This document shows positions 29,312 through 37,568 of a stretch of 64,000 nt of DNA, one piece after another. The position numbers and the translations under genes were made by a program. How positions within the stretch are numbered: position 1 is the first letter of the stretch; the number at the start of each line of letters is the position of its first letter. The DNA lies in contig CAWURO010000013.1 in NCBI GenBank assembly GCA_963924815.1, forward strand, positions 46,461 through 110,460, written 5' to 3'. Source of the DNA: an uncultured Bacteroidia bacterium (GTDB lineage: Bacteria; Bacteroidota; Bacteroidia; NS11-12g; UBA9320). The notes beneath the pieces are model-generated. The model searched no databases. It saw only the letters and a program-made list of their open reading frames with translations, and was not told the DNA's origin.

Positions 29312-29659
29312 ATGCCAAGATCAGTAAACGCCGTCGCCTCTAGGAGAAGACGCAAAAAAATGATGAAACATGCCAAAGGATACTTTGGTAGAAGAAAAAA
29401 TGTATGGACAGTAGCTAAAAACGCAGTTGAAAAAGCGTGGCAATATGCATACAGAGATAGAAAAAATAACAAGCGTAACTTCCGTCGTCTTTGGATTACC
29501 CGTATAAACGCAGGTGCTAGATTACACGGAATGAGCTATTCACAGTTTATGGGAGCAATTCACGCTGCAGGTATAGAACTCAACAGAAAAGTTCTTGCTG
29601 ACCTAGCGATGAATCATCCTGATGCATTTGAAGCTGTTGTAAAGCAAGTGAAAAAATAA
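29312..29659 (+). CDS. rplT: 50S ribosomal protein L20
   Basis: 115 aa, MPRSVN.V.SRRRRKK…YAYRDR…. Confidence 0.93.
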   Translation: MPRSVNAVASRRRRKKMMKHAKGYFGRRKNVWTVAKNAVEKAWQYAYRDRKNNKRNFRRLWITRINAGARLHGMSYSQFMGAIHAAGIELNRKVLADLAMNHPDAFEAVVKQVKK

Positions 29660-29690
29660 ATTTAAATAGCAAAAAACTATAATGTAAAAA

Positions 29691-29721
29691 TCCTCTCACT
29701 TTTAGTGAGAGGATTTTTTTT
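29691..29721 (+). terminator. Rho-independent terminator after rplT
   Basis: Perfect 9-bp stem TCCTCTCAC / GTGAGAGGA with a TTTTA loop and an 8-T tract. Confidence 0.85.
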
Positions 29722-29793
29722 GTTCATATTTTTTTATATTAGAATGCTACGTAATGCAAAGAAGGTAGGCCTTGTGTCGTTAAATTCTGTTAC

Positions 29794-30879
29794 TTACGAT
29801 ATACTTTGCCACACCTGATTGGCCACATTTATCGATGGATGACTCTCGCCTATAAGCGCGTGAAGCTCTTCATAATACGATTCCATTTGAGCTATTTTAT
29901 CTTTAGATTTTAACAGTAGATTTAGTTCATAGCCTAGTTTTTCAGCTTCAAAATCATCTTGAATCAATTCTTTTACACATGGAGCTTCGAGTATTAAGTT
30001 GACCAATGATATATAATTTAACTTGATCACAAATTTAGCAATAGCATAGCTTACTTTAGTGGTTTTATAGCACACTACTTGGGGTACGTTCATTAAAGCA
30101 GTTTCAAGTGTAGCGGTACCACTCGTAACGATAGCCGCATCGCATTGTGCTAGTAAGACATACATATTATTAGGTATGAGTTTGAGGGTCGGATCAAAAG
30201 CATGATAATATGCCTCGTCAAATCCAGGTGCTTGTGCCACTATAGCTTCGTACTTCGGAAATTGCTTCATGGCTTCCAGCATTATAGGCAAGGAGGTACT
30301 TATTTCCTGTTTTCTGCTGCCTGGCAATAATGCTATCTTGTTTGTTCCATTAGTTAGAGTATTCGTAGTTAAAAATGCATCAACCGTTTCTTTACTCGGA
30401 TTTCCTACATACGTGGCTTTTATCCCTTTCTTAGCAAAATAGTCGGTTTCAAAAGGCAATATGCAGTACAACTCACGAACGTACTTTCGTATAAGTTTTA
30501 CTCTGCCTTCTTTCCATGCCCAAACCTTAGGTGATATATAGTAATGAACAGGAATGTTACGCTTAGAAGCGTATTTAGCTATTTTAAAATTAAAACCAGG
30601 GTAATCTACTAGTATAAGTATATCGGGATTAAACGTTGAAATATCTTTCTTAATTCTTCGAATATTTTTAAGAATCTTAAAAATACTACCTAAAACCTCT
30701 GCAAAACCCATAACGGCCATCTCTTTTTGGTGTAAAACCAATTCTTGGCCTGCTGCACGGCTCATGTCGCCTCCCATACCTCTAAAAAGGGCTTGTTTAT
30801 CTAGCTTTTTGAGCTCAACCATTACACGGCTAGCGTGGTTGTCGCCTGAGGTTTCTCCGGATATAAAATAGTATTTCAT
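29794..30879 (-). CDS. lpxB: Lipid-A-disaccharide synthase
   Basis: MKYYFISGETSGDNHASRVM… is typical of LpxB. The ATG at 30879 is preferred over the track start at 30948. Confidence 0.88.
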   Translation of the reverse strand: MKYYFISGETSGDNHASRVMVELKKLDKQALFRGMGGDMSRAAGQELVLHQKEMAVMGFAEVLGSIFKILKNIRRIKKDISTFNPDILILVDYPGFNFKIAKYASKRNIPVHYYISPKVWAWKEGRVKLIRKYVRELYCILPFETDYFAKKGIKATYVGNPSKETVDAFLTTNTLTNGTNKIALLPGSRKQEISTSLPIMLEAMKQFPKYEAIVAQAPGFDEAYYHAFDPTLKLIPNNMYVLLAQCDAAIVTSGTATLETALMNVPQVVCYKTTKVSYAIAKFVIKLNYISLVNLILEAPCVKELIQDDFEAEKLGYELNLLLKSKDKIAQMESYYEELHALIGESHPSINVANQVWQSIS

Positions 30880-30881
30880 GG

Positions 30882-31172
30882 TTACATTAACGTGAAATAG
30901 ACAATGAAACATCCAATGAATAGGGTTGCAAACACTATTCCTTGACACGTTTTAAGCTTATCCATATTGATGAACAAAAAGAACGGAGCTAGATTAAATA
31001 ATGCGCCAATCTTGAGGTACGGACTTAACAACGCGGTTTGAAATCCTGTTTTCAAAAAGGTACTGAATGTAAGATTCGGAAAATTATATATATTAACCCC
31101 ATATAAAATAATCAGAGGGGTAACTACGCCTATAATAAAGCCTAAAATTCGAGTGTTAACTATATCTTTCAT
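30882..31172 (-). CDS. Small integral membrane protein, unknown function
   Basis: 96 aa with three hydrophobic segments. It exactly fills the surE-lpxB gap and its stop lies 2 nt before the lpxB ATG. Confidence 0.55.
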   Translation of the reverse strand: MKDIVNTRILGFIIGVVTPLIILYGVNIYNFPNLTFSTFLKTGFQTALLSPYLKIGALFNLAPFFLFINMDKLKTCQGIVFATLFIGCFIVYFTLM

Positions 31173-31192
31173 CGGTTAGTTCAAGGGGTTAT

Positions 31193-31966
31193 CTAAATAT
31201 CCCAGGTGTTAAGATTTTGTAGGGCATGATGTGCAGTTAGGTCAAAATGAACGGGTACCACAGATACATAGTTATGAGCAAGTGCCCATTCATCGGTGTC
31301 TTCACCTTTGTCCATATTGTGAAAATTGCCTGTAAGCCAGTAGTAATCACGACCGTTGGGGTCTGTTCGGTGGTCAAATTCTTCTACCCATTTAGCGCGT
31401 GCTTGCCGGCATATTTTTACGCCTTTTATTTCACGTTCGGGTACATTGGGAATGTTTACACTTAGCAATACACCTTCACTCAATCCATTCTTTAAAACGG
31501 CAGCGATTATTTTTTGCATAAACACCTTGGAAGCAGAAAAATCTGCATTCCAACTAAAATCCAGTAATGAAAATCCCACAGAAGTAACGCCACTAATTGC
31601 ACCTTCCATGGCTGCACTCATGGTGCCACTGTATATTACGTTTATAGATGAATTAGAACCGTGGTTTATACCACTTACTAATAAGTCAGGTTTGCGATGC
31701 AGTACTTTATCTATAGCTAGTTTCACGCAATCTGCAGGTGTCCCGCTGCATTGGTAGCTGTCTACCTCAGGTCCAAATTGATTATTTTTTACCAGCCTAA
31801 GTGGTTTGTTTATGGTAATGGCATGCCCCATAGCGCTTTGCGGGCTGTCAGGCGCGACCACTACTACTTTTCCAAAGATTTTCATAACCTCTACGGTAGC
31901 TAATATGCCTGGTGCGGTAATTCCATCGTCATTACTTATTAATATTAAAGGTCTAGTATCACTCAT
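31193..31966 (-). CDS. surE: 5'/3'-nucleotidase SurE
   Basis: ILISNDDGI.APGI…GINHG.N….YSGT..AAMEG. The ATG at 31966 is preferred over 32014. Confidence 0.9.
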   Translation of the reverse strand: MSDTRPLILISNDDGITAPGILATVEVMKIFGKVVVVAPDSPQSAMGHAITINKPLRLVKNNQFGPEVDSYQCSGTPADCVKLAIDKVLHRKPDLLVSGINHGSNSSINVIYSGTMSAAMEGAISGVTSVGFSLLDFSWNADFSASKVFMQKIIAAVLKNGLSEGVLLSVNIPNVPEREIKGVKICRQARAKWVEEFDHRTDPNGRDYYWLTGNFHNMDKGEDTDEWALAHNYVSVVPVHFDLTAHHALQNLNTWDI

Positions 31967-32172
31967 ATTACGTTGCAAATTTAAGGTAATGGGCAATAAC
32001 TGAGCATTGGACAACGCTCAAGTTGCAGGCGGTGTTGGTTATACTAGACATTCGTTTGGGTAGCAATCTAATTTTACCCATTCATAGGGTTAGAATCCGT
32101 ATGCCATCCTTGCTAACTCACTAAAGATACGAAATGATAATATTTTTATCCATTTGTTTGATAATATTAATT

Positions 32173-32180
32173 TACATTTG
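32173..32180 (+). promoter_or_regulatory. -7 promoter box TACATTTG
   Basis: Exact TAnnTTTG, 9 nt upstream of the ATG at 32190. The extended TACATTTGCCAC sequence also occurs at 25456. Confidence 0.4.
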
Positions 32181-32189
32181 CCACGCGAT

Positions 32190-33839
32190 ATGCTCATAAG
32201 TTTAAAAGTAAAAAACTATGCCCTGATTTCAGATGTCGATATGCATTTTGATAAAGGCATGAACATTATAACGGGTGAAACGGGTGCCGGAAAGTCTATT
32301 TTAATAGGTGCTTTGGGTCTAGCTCTAGGCAAGCGTGCAGATATTTCTTCACTTAGAAACAAAGAAGATAAGTGTATTATAGAAGCTACTTTTGATGTGA
32401 GGGGTTATGCGCTTCAGCCTATTTTTAACGAGCATGACCTAGATTATGAAGAGCAGACCATCCTCAGACGCGAAATTACCAGTAGTGGTAAAAGTCGTTC
32501 GTTTATAAACGATACGCCAGTTAATCTAAAATCACTGGAAGAGTTAGGTGCTAATCTGATTGAAATTCATTCCCAACATGATAATCTTCAATTATTCAAA
32601 TCCGATTTCCAGTATTACAGTTTGGACATTCTTGCAGGATTATTAGAGGACCAAAAAGCATATGCCAGTGACCTAAAAACCCTTAAAAAAGATAAAATAA
32701 CGCTCGAAAAGTATCGCCAACAAGAGTCTGAATTAGCCAAAGAAAGCGACTTTAATCAATTTCTGTTTGATGAGTTGGCCGCCGCTAAGTTAGAATATAT
32801 AGAAGAAGTAGAACTTACCGCCGAGCAAGAGCTTTTGGAAAATGCAGAAGACTTGATTCGTACGTTTAACGACGCCGATCAATTAGTTAGTGGGTCAGAA
32901 ATCGCTATAACTTCTCAACTCCAAGAACTACGTGCTATACTTAAATCTCAAAAATCGACAATAACACTAGCAATAAGTGATCGCGTAAATTCCGTTCTTA
33001 TAGAAATGCAAGATATTGCACATGAAGTAGCGAAGAATGCAGAGCATATTGAGGTAAATCCGGAACGATTGACGGAAGTTAACGAAAAATTAGGCTTGAT
33101 ATTTAACCTAAAAAGCAAACACCGTGCTGCGGATATTATGGAATTAATGTCAGTGCGCAATGAGCTTGAACAAAAACTAAACGTTACCGAAAGCCTGAGT
33201 GGTGAAATAGCCATACTAGAGCAAAGCATTGCAAAACACGAAACAACGCTACTCACTAAAGCACAGCTGTTAAGCAAAAAACGAAAAAAGAACGCTACGC
33301 AGATTGAACAACGAATAGATAACTTACTTGCCCAATTGGGAATGCAGCATTCACGTATACAATTTGATCTGGTAGAGAGCAATGAATTAAATGCTTTTGG
33401 ATGTGATGACTTAACAATCAAACTAAGTTCAGATAAAGGAAATTCATTTACGGACTTAAAGAAATCCGCTTCAGGTGGAGAGTTAGCACGTATTAACCTA
33501 AGTTTAAAAAGTATTTTAGCTGATTTTGTAAAAATGCCAAGTAGTATATATGATGAAATTGACACGGGAGTGAGTGGCGAAATTGCTCGAAAAGTAGGAG
33601 GGATGATGCAGCAAATAGCCAGCAGCCAACAGGTTATCGTTATCACGCATTTACCTCAAATAGCCTCGCTAGGCACGAATCATTTGTTTGTATACAAGTC
33701 AGAAAATGGCCAAAGTGTAGAAACCCAAGTTCGAATCTTAACAGGCGATGAACGCATCAACGAAATTGCCAAAATGATAAGTGGCGATACGCTAACAGCA
33801 CATGCTGTGGAGCAAAGCAAAGAATTACTCAAAGGGTGA
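32190..33839 (+). CDS. recN: DNA repair protein RecN
   Basis: MLISLKVKNYALI…ITGETGAGKSI, a long coiled coil, then SGGE…ARI.L… and …DE.D.G.SG. The ATG at 32190 is preferred over the track start at 32154. Confidence 0.9.
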   Translation: MLISLKVKNYALISDVDMHFDKGMNIITGETGAGKSILIGALGLALGKRADISSLRNKEDKCIIEATFDVRGYALQPIFNEHDLDYEEQTILRREITSSGKSRSFINDTPVNLKSLEELGANLIEIHSQHDNLQLFKSDFQYYSLDILAGLLEDQKAYASDLKTLKKDKITLEKYRQQESELAKESDFNQFLFDELAAAKLEYIEEVELTAEQELLENAEDLIRTFNDADQLVSGSEIAITSQLQELRAILKSQKSTITLAISDRVNSVLIEMQDIAHEVAKNAEHIEVNPERLTEVNEKLGLIFNLKSKHRAADIMELMSVRNELEQKLNVTESLSGEIAILEQSIAKHETTLLTKAQLLSKKRKKNATQIEQRIDNLLAQLGMQHSRIQFDLVESNELNAFGCDDLTIKLSSDKGNSFTDLKKSASGGELARINLSLKSILADFVKMPSSIYDEIDTGVSGEIARKVGGMMQQIASSQQVIVITHLPQIASLGTNHLFVYKSENGQSVETQVRILTGDERINEIAKMISGDTLTAHAVEQSKELLKG

Positions 33840-33873
33840 CCTAAATTAAGCTTTTAGGTATTTTTGGTTTTTA
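33839..33873 (+). terminator. Weak candidate terminator after recN
   Basis: 7-bp stem ACCTAAA / TTTAGGT followed by a T-rich run. Confidence 0.35.
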
Positions 33874-33977
33874 AATCAATTCATCTTTTATGTTATTACC
33901 ACTAGATAATGGCACACCAAACATCAAGTGGCCCTCAAAGCAAAATTCCTATGTAAATAAGATATTTTTTTATGTGA

Positions 33978-35426
33978 CTATTGCTTAACAATTTTTCTTA
34001 CGATACTAAAATCTGACCCTGTCAATTTCACTGAATAACTGCCCGAAGAATAGTCAGACAAATCAACTTCAATTGAACTTTCTTGATCTACGTTCCTACT
34101 ATAGATTAGTTGACCATTTGCATCTAAAACATCAATTTTTTTAACGCTAATTACATTCTCTATTCTAAATATACCATTTGCTGGATTGGGATAAAGAAAT
34201 ATGGATTTTAATGGCTGATTTAACTCAGTTACAGCCACAAATCCCTTAATCGTTGCTGATCTATAAAAAATGCTTTTGGATCTTATATCTTGCCAAGTTA
34301 TATGAAATACACCATCAGAAAATGCAACATAAGGGTTCTGCGCAAAGCTATTAGATTCAGTATTTACCCTATATATAGAATCTGATAACAATGTTGCCAT
34401 TCCTGAATTGCTGGCGGCTAGCATTATGGACGACACACCCGATATATTTTCTTCCCACACAACACCAATGGCGTTTTGTTTTCCTGAGATTATAGGAAAG
34501 TTCTGAGATGCATTTTGGACTATATCTGGTGTTAGCATCTTGTGTTGACCAATCTCTAAATTACCAGAAGTGGCAGAAGCTATCATTACCCTAGAACGAC
34601 CTGACGATCCACTCATCCAAGTGTAATACAAACTATCGTCTGACAACATACCGGAAGGCCCAGAAGAAGGGCATGCACCTATCATCCATTTGGTTGTATC
34701 TATTTCTTTAACAGTACTAAAAGTAAGTCCATTATCATTTGATACTGACGCCCACATATCCCTTAGATCATTATCATTATTTCTAAATAATAGCACTTGT
34801 TTATCACCGTTTGTTATAATGTTTGCTGGGCAGCAATCACAAGCCTCTCCAGGGGCAGGCCCCGTTGCCTTAACAGCTTTTGTATATGGTTGTAAGCCAT
34901 CAACAGAACTTGCAACAGTGTAATGAGGCTCAAGATAACCAGGCTCAAACTCCATAAATGCTACATAAACACTCCAATCTGGAGCCACCGTAACTGCAGG
35001 AAATCTCGTAACTGGATTGTTAGATACCCTTACAGTGTCAGAAAAAGTAGCTCCCCCATCAGTGGAAGTGACGGTATAGATTAATCCTGTTTCTTCTGGA
35101 ACGGCAGCGAATGTGACTACAACTTTATTGCCATAAGCAGCCATATCTGGAGCAGCCCAGTCTTGAGCAAAGACCTTCATTCCCTCTGGTGTTACTTTTA
35201 AAGGGGCTCCAAATTCACTTCCATTCCATCTAGATACATAGACTTCCTGATTTGTTTTTTTACTCCACATAACTACTGGAATATTATTGGCTGTATACAC
35301 CACCTTAGGTCTTGTATAACCTATTTCAGAGTTGTCATTAATCGTAAATTGTTCAGACCAGTCTAGTTCTACTTGTGCATTGCCTATGCTTGGTAAAAAG
35401 AAAAGTATTAAGAATATTTTTTTCAT
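33978..35426 (-). CDS. Secreted BNR/sialidase-like beta-propeller protein with a T9SS C-terminal sorting domain
   Basis: It has a signal peptide, the BNR motifs STDGGATFS and SNDNGLTFS, and the C-terminus LYPNPANGIF…GSYSVKL. Confidence 0.7.
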   Translation of the reverse strand: MKKIFLILFFLPSIGNAQVELDWSEQFTINDNSEIGYTRPKVVYTANNIPVVMWSKKTNQEVYVSRWNGSEFGAPLKVTPEGMKVFAQDWAAPDMAAYGNKVVVTFAAVPEETGLIYTVTSTDGGATFSDTVRVSNNPVTRFPAVTVAPDWSVYVAFMEFEPGYLEPHYTVASSVDGLQPYTKAVKATGPAPGEACDCCPANIITNGDKQVLLFRNNDNDLRDMWASVSNDNGLTFSTVKEIDTTKWMIGACPSSGPSGMLSDDSLYYTWMSGSSGRSRVMIASATSGNLEIGQHKMLTPDIVQNASQNFPIISGKQNAIGVVWEENISGVSSIMLAASNSGMATLLSDSIYRVNTESNSFAQNPYVAFSDGVFHITWQDIRSKSIFYRSATIKGFVAVTELNQPLKSIFLYPNPANGIFRIENVISVKKIDVLDANGQLIYSRNVDQESSIEVDLSDYSSGSYSVKLTGSDFSIVRKIVKQ

Positions 35427-35430
35427 GATG

Positions 35431-36186
35431 TTAATTGTTTTGAATTATCAATTTAGTTCGATAGATTGAATCTTTTTGAAGAATTTCTAAATAGTATATG
35501 CCGTTGTCGCACTGAGGTATTTCTAAAGTATTCGCACTATTTGACACTTGTTCCAGAATAGTTTGTCCTGATGAACTTATAAATTTAACAGAATAAGCTC
35601 CGTCATTTGCCATTGAAAGAGTAATAGTACTGTTAGAAGGTGATGGAGCAGGATAGGTGTTCAATATGTTTTTGTAGATTCTTTGAGTAAAAAGAGTTCC
35701 ACTACATTCTAGTATTTTTTGTCTCATTTCAACAAAATTTGTATCTCGCTTTATATCCCAGTGAATTTGTCTGTTCGGACATACCACAGCATACGTAGGC
35801 CAACCCACAAATGAGAACCAGCTTTTGTATAAGTTAGTAGTTGTATCTCCGCCCCCTTCACGCCCCGCTGATGGATAATTAACTCCATACAAGAACTCAA
35901 ACTCGTCAACTTTATCATTATTATCTCTGTCGCTTATTCCTAAAATCAGCAATGAATCTTGATCGTACTCATTAAGTAATCTAGCCAAAGCTGGGGTAAG
36001 CTTTTGACATGGGGTACAGTCTGCAAAGAAGAAATCCAAAACAACTGTTCTACCTTTTGCCAATTCGTTATATAAATTCCAACTTTCTCCTTTAGTATCC
36101 GTAATAGTAAAGTCTCTGGCCTCTTGACCATAGACTATGTTTACAATCAGGCTAAATAGTATTAAAGTGCTATATCTTAATTTCAT
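35431..36186 (-). CDS. TlpA/redoxin-like thioredoxin-fold protein with a T9SS C-terminal sorting domain
   Basis: Signal peptide from the ATG at 36186. The VVLDFFFADCTPCQKL CxxC motif is at 36007..36018. The C-terminal roughly 80 aa (…YPAPSP…GIYYLEILQ…) is CTD-like. Confidence 0.7.
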   Translation of the reverse strand: MKLRYSTLILFSLIVNIVYGQEARDFTITDTKGESWNLYNELAKGRTVVLDFFFADCTPCQKLTPALARLLNEYDQDSLLILGISDRDNNDKVDEFEFLYGVNYPSAGREGGGDTTTNLYKSWFSFVGWPTYAVVCPNRQIHWDIKRDTNFVEMRQKILECSGTLFTQRIYKNILNTYPAPSPSNSTITLSMANDGAYSVKFISSSGQTILEQVSNSANTLEIPQCDNGIYYLEILQKDSIYRTKLIIQNN

Positions 36187-36239
36187 AATTAATAGACTAC
36201 TTTTTAGTGGTTCTTTCATATTGACAGCAGGCGTTGTAT

Positions 36240-37532
36240 TTACAAATAATTCAATACTCCTTCCATTTTCATACCGCGACTTCCTTTTACCAAGAATGCA
36301 GTATGGGTATAATTAGCATGTTGCACTTGAGCGCCCAATTCTTCCATAGTGGATGGTGTTGTTAGGCCACTATGCGCTGAAATGCTAGCAAAATGCTGTC
36401 CAAGTGTGTAAATTTGGGTAAAGCCAAATGTCAGGGCCCATTGCAATAGCTCATCGTGCTCTTGATCAGCCGTAGGTCCCATTTCAAACATATCTCCAAG
36501 GATAAGCACTTTTTGCAGTTGTGGCATTTTGGCAAAGTTGCGTATGGCCACTTGCATACTGCTTGGGTTAGCATTATAGGCATCTAGCAATATAGTGTTT
36601 CCACCTTTTTCGATAAGCTGTGAGCGGTTATTATCGGGTTGGTAAGCTGCAATTCCTTCTTTTATTGATGGTAATTCAAGGTTGAAATATTCACCAATAG
36701 CAACTGCAGTAAGTATGTTATCTAAGTTATAATCTCCCATAAGTGGAGAAGTAAAGGCCATATTTTTATAGGTAAATGAAATAGAAGGAACCAATGTAGT
36801 AATAGCACATAAGTCTTTTGAGAATAGGATCTTCTTTTCAATTCCTCGGCTCATTCGGGTAAGCCATTCGTCATCTTGGTTTACAAAAGCTGTCCCCTGA
36901 TGTTTAAGTAGATAATGAAAGATTTCACTTTCTTCTTTGGCTACGGCTTCCAGCGTTCCAAATCCTTCTAAGTGTTCCTTCCCGATATTGGTAATTAAGC
37001 CAAAATTAGGTTCTGCTATAGCACATAAGGCAGCTATTTCACCAGGATTATTAGTGCCGAGTTCTATAATGGCTATCTCCGTGTCTTGCGGCATTTGTAA
37101 TAGGGTAATAGGTACCCCAATGTGGTTATTAAAATTACCTTGTGTGCAATGTGTTTTGTACTTACGGGCTAAAACTGCATAAATCAGATTTTTGGTTGTA
37201 GTTTTTCCGTTGCTTCCGCATATTCCTAAAACGGGTATGTCGTAGCACTTACGGTGAAAATTGGCAACTTCTTGCATGTAAATAAGCACATCGGGAACCA
37301 AGATGAGTCTATCGTCCTGTTCAATATTTTCATCTATAACAGAATATGCAGCACCTTTTTCAAGTGCTTGAATTGCAAATGTATTTCCGTTAAAATTATC
37401 TCCTTTAAGTGCAAAAAAAATGCATCCTGGAGTTATCGCACGGCTATCGGTGGTAAATCGAAACTCACTTTCAATGAGTAGATTGTAAAATTTAGTAAGG
37501 TTCACAAAAAAACAGTTATTACTGTGCAACAA
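36240..37532 (-). CDS. murF: UDP-N-acetylmuramoyl-tripeptide--D-alanyl-D-alanine ligase
   Basis: TTDSR…F.ALKG…DG…, P-loop GICGSNGKTTTK, and …DAYNANP.SM. The exact start is uncertain (TTG at 37532 or GTG at 37505). Confidence 0.88.
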   Translation of the reverse strand: MLHSNNCFFVNLTKFYNLLIESEFRFTTDSRAITPGCIFFALKGDNFNGNTFAIQALEKGAAYSVIDENIEQDDRLILVPDVLIYMQEVANFHRKCYDIPVLGICGSNGKTTTKNLIYAVLARKYKTHCTQGNFNNHIGVPITLLQMPQDTEIAIIELGTNNPGEIAALCAIAEPNFGLITNIGKEHLEGFGTLEAVAKEESEIFHYLLKHQGTAFVNQDDEWLTRMSRGIEKKILFSKDLCAITTLVPSISFTYKNMAFTSPLMGDYNLDNILTAVAIGEYFNLELPSIKEGIAAYQPDNNRSQLIEKGGNTILLDAYNANPSSMQVAIRNFAKMPQLQKVLILGDMFEMGPTADQEHDELLQWALTFGFTQIYTLGQHFASISAHSGLTTPSTMEELGAQVQHANYTHTAFLVKGSRGMKMEGVLNYL

Positions 37533-37568
37533 AAGTGGTAATTTAGTGCTCTATAAAAAACCGTTTAT

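Noticed and set aside
32948-33646. 232-aa minus-strand ORF inside recN
   Set aside because: It is antisense to the Glu/Lys/Leu-rich coiled coil of RecN, which characteristically leaves an open Phe/Leu/Ser-rich shadow frame. It shows no independent motifs. The same reasoning applies to 31356..31757 (antisense to surE), 10647..11006 (antisense to the CBS gene), 11506..11838 and the other short track ORFs nested in confident genes.
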